64,000 nt of DNA from an uncultured cyanobacterium. Lineage in GTDB: Bacteria > Cyanobacteriota > Cyanobacteriia > Cyanobacteriales > CAWUOF01. The stretch is taken from assembly GCA_963744145.1 (NCBI GenBank), contig CAVUSO010000001.1, forward strand, positions 2,752,001-2,816,000. The letters are read 5' to 3'. This document shows, piece after piece, positions 62,427-64,000 of this stretch. The position numbers were made by a program, and so were the translations under genes. The stretch's first letter is position 1. Every line of letters begins with the position of its first letter. Below the pieces are notes generated by a model. It worked only from the letters and a program-made list of their open reading frames with translations, was not told where the DNA came from and did not search any database.

Positions 62427-62645
62427 GCGATCGCGGCGATGAGAAGACAGCTCTTTTCGGGTAGGTGAAGTCCAAAAAAACACCCCTTGACTTTTTTGTT
62501 TAATTGACATACTATATCATCATGGGAATCTGTGTCGCCCAATAATATCGGTTTTGGCAAGGTAAATTATACCAATTCCAGCTAAACTTCGAGCAACAAA
62601 CAAGGGTAAATATCAATTATTGAAAACAGGTGATTGGCGATCGCC
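62427..62645 (+). repeat. Promoter-bearing repeat X, copy 3 (empty slot)
   Basis: HIP1 at both ends; TTGACT(62487)-N17-TACTAT(62510). Confidence 0.8.
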
Positions 62646-62860
62646 ACATTAGCAAAATCAAAACCACTCTAAGAACCAGTCCATTAATCGCGATCGACCA
62701 CCATCAACATAACATAAATATCGACTGTAGGGGCGAAGCATTCCGGCAGATCAATTAAAGGTTAAAACCAGCAAATTATGACCGGAATGCTTCGCCCTTC
62801 TTCTCTGGCTTCCTCATGATTACCCCTAAATAATTCAGAAATCATTATTTTTGTCAGATC

Positions 62861-64000
62861 TTAACGCAAACCAGAACAGATAAAAGCAGCCCAATAAAAA
62901 GGTGAGGCAAAGGGAAATTCTTGGCGGCATAAAATTTTCAGGTTTTGGGTTATTTGGTAAACCTTTTCGCCGATCTTATTCCACTCTTTATATTCTTCAT
63001 CCCATTGTTGATACTCAGGTGTTCCTTTAACTAATCTTTTGCGATTTTGATCAGCATTCTTGAGCTTTTCTGCTACTTGTTGCCGTTGCTTTTGTAAATA
63101 AGTTTCGAGTTCAGATTTGTACTCAGTATCTAGAGTTGTTCCTGGTAGGGTGCGAAGTTTGATTTGCGCTTGTTGGAGTGCTTCAGGACGATTTAAACCT
63201 TGTTGGCGATACTGATAATAAAAGATGGAAAATAAGGCAGTAGCTAAATCATCGACTGACCACAAGGTACTGACCACACTTCGCGCTCCAGCACATAAAA
63301 AGCCAGTTGATAATGATAAAATATCATCAGTAATCTGAGCTAAAGCGAGGTGCGTTTCGCAACAGGAAAGAAACAGATCAGAGAGATGAGGAAGTCGAAA
63401 ACCGGGGGTCATTATTTGACCTAAAGTAATATTACCATCGGCAAGTATGAGCCGGGATTCTAAGGGACTATCCAATCGTGATGAAGCGTGATGGCTCGAA
63501 TGTAATACTTGCACTTGTTTAGCCAGTTGGCGATAATTGCTCACGGTAGCTTGACTGCGACCTTTTAAGCGTTGATTTTCTGGAATCTGGTATAAATTAG
63601 CGATTTTTTCGCATTCAAATTCTACACTGGGTAATGTGCCATCGGGGTTTTCTACTAGACCATAATTAATTTTAGAAAGTTGGGGACGTTGTTGGCAATA
63701 TTGCAATATTTGACTACTGGGAACATAGCGAATGCGGAATTGATCACCTAAGTGTGGGGTTGAGATTATTTCACTTTCTCTGTGCAGAGAGTTACTTTGA
63801 ATGGGCAGAGTTAAAGGTAAGGCAGCGAAAGGAATTTGATGCCAAAATAGGTGCGGAATGATCATCAATTCCTCAATGTCACTTAGATAAGTTTTCACTA
63901 AGGTGGTGAGTTGCAGTTTTTCCGCTAATTGCTCCAAAAATTCCGAGATTTTTTCATACCAAGTTCTGTCTTTTTTCCTATTCTGGTAGGAAGTTAGCCA
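62861..64000 (-). CDS. Second CHAT-domain protease (partial, continues beyond window)
   Basis: HSSHHA, LSCCET, YWAAFICSGLR; frame open to the window edge. Confidence 0.9.
   Translation of the reverse strand, partial: WLTSYQNRKKDRTWYEKISEFLEQLAEKLQLTTLVKTYLSDIEELMIIPHLFWHQIPFAALPLTLPIQSNSLHRESEIISTPHLGDQFRIRYVPSSQILQYCQQRPQLSKINYGLVENPDGTLPSVEFECEKIANLYQIPENQRLKGRSQATVSNYRQLAKQVQVLHSSHHASSRLDSPLESRLILADGNITLGQIMTPGFRLPHLSDLFLSCCETHLALAQITDDILSLSTGFLCAGARSVVSTLWSVDDLATALFSIFYYQYRQQGLNRPEALQQAQIKLRTLPGTTLDTEYKSELETYLQKQRQQVAEKLKNADQNRKRLVKGTPEYQQWDEEYKEWNKIGEKVYQITQNLKILCRQEFPFASPFYWAAFICSGLR

Larger units (their letters stand above)
1..64000. repeat. HIP1 octamer GCGATCGC highly iterated
   Basis: Many occurrences in genes and intergenic DNA, typical of cyanobacteria. 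Confidence 0.95.

Noticed and set aside
1..64000. tRNA/rRNA genes, integrase, cas genes; many short antisense ORFs in the track
   Set aside because: None recognised by eye; the short ORFs are shadows of longer genes

Overview
AT-rich cyanobacterial chromosome segment. The HIP1 octamer GCGATCGC is pervasive, and an hpsA-pseudopilin motility locus suggests a filamentous strain. The first ~36 kb is mostly core or semi-core: ECF and sulfonate transporters (ssuC truncated), a DUF39 homocysteine-synthesis protein, an FtsH4-like protease, a phosphorothioation-associated methyltransferase-like gene, four tandem Uma2 nuclease copies with variable coiled-coil tails, hpsA plus four pseudopilins, rpmB, an FHA/TPR-CHAT pair, MAPEG and rlmN. 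The last ~28 kb is a plastic defence-like region. It holds two TPR-CHAT caspase-like proteases, a sigma-like gene, an IetAS-type AAA+/S8 pair, two retropepsin-like proteases, intact and broken toxin-antitoxin (TA) loci, two IS elements with target duplications, and an ssuA + PHP-like hydrolase pair. The most striking unexplained structure is a ~210-bp element present three times. It carries a TTGACT-N17-TAnnAT promoter and a conserved 7-codon mini-ORF, and is followed by a HIP1-bounded slot holding a MazF-type TA pair, a GNAT-type pair, or nothing. Orphan copies of the CHAT gene 3' end are interspersed among these modules. All family calls come from motif recognition by eye; no searches were run.
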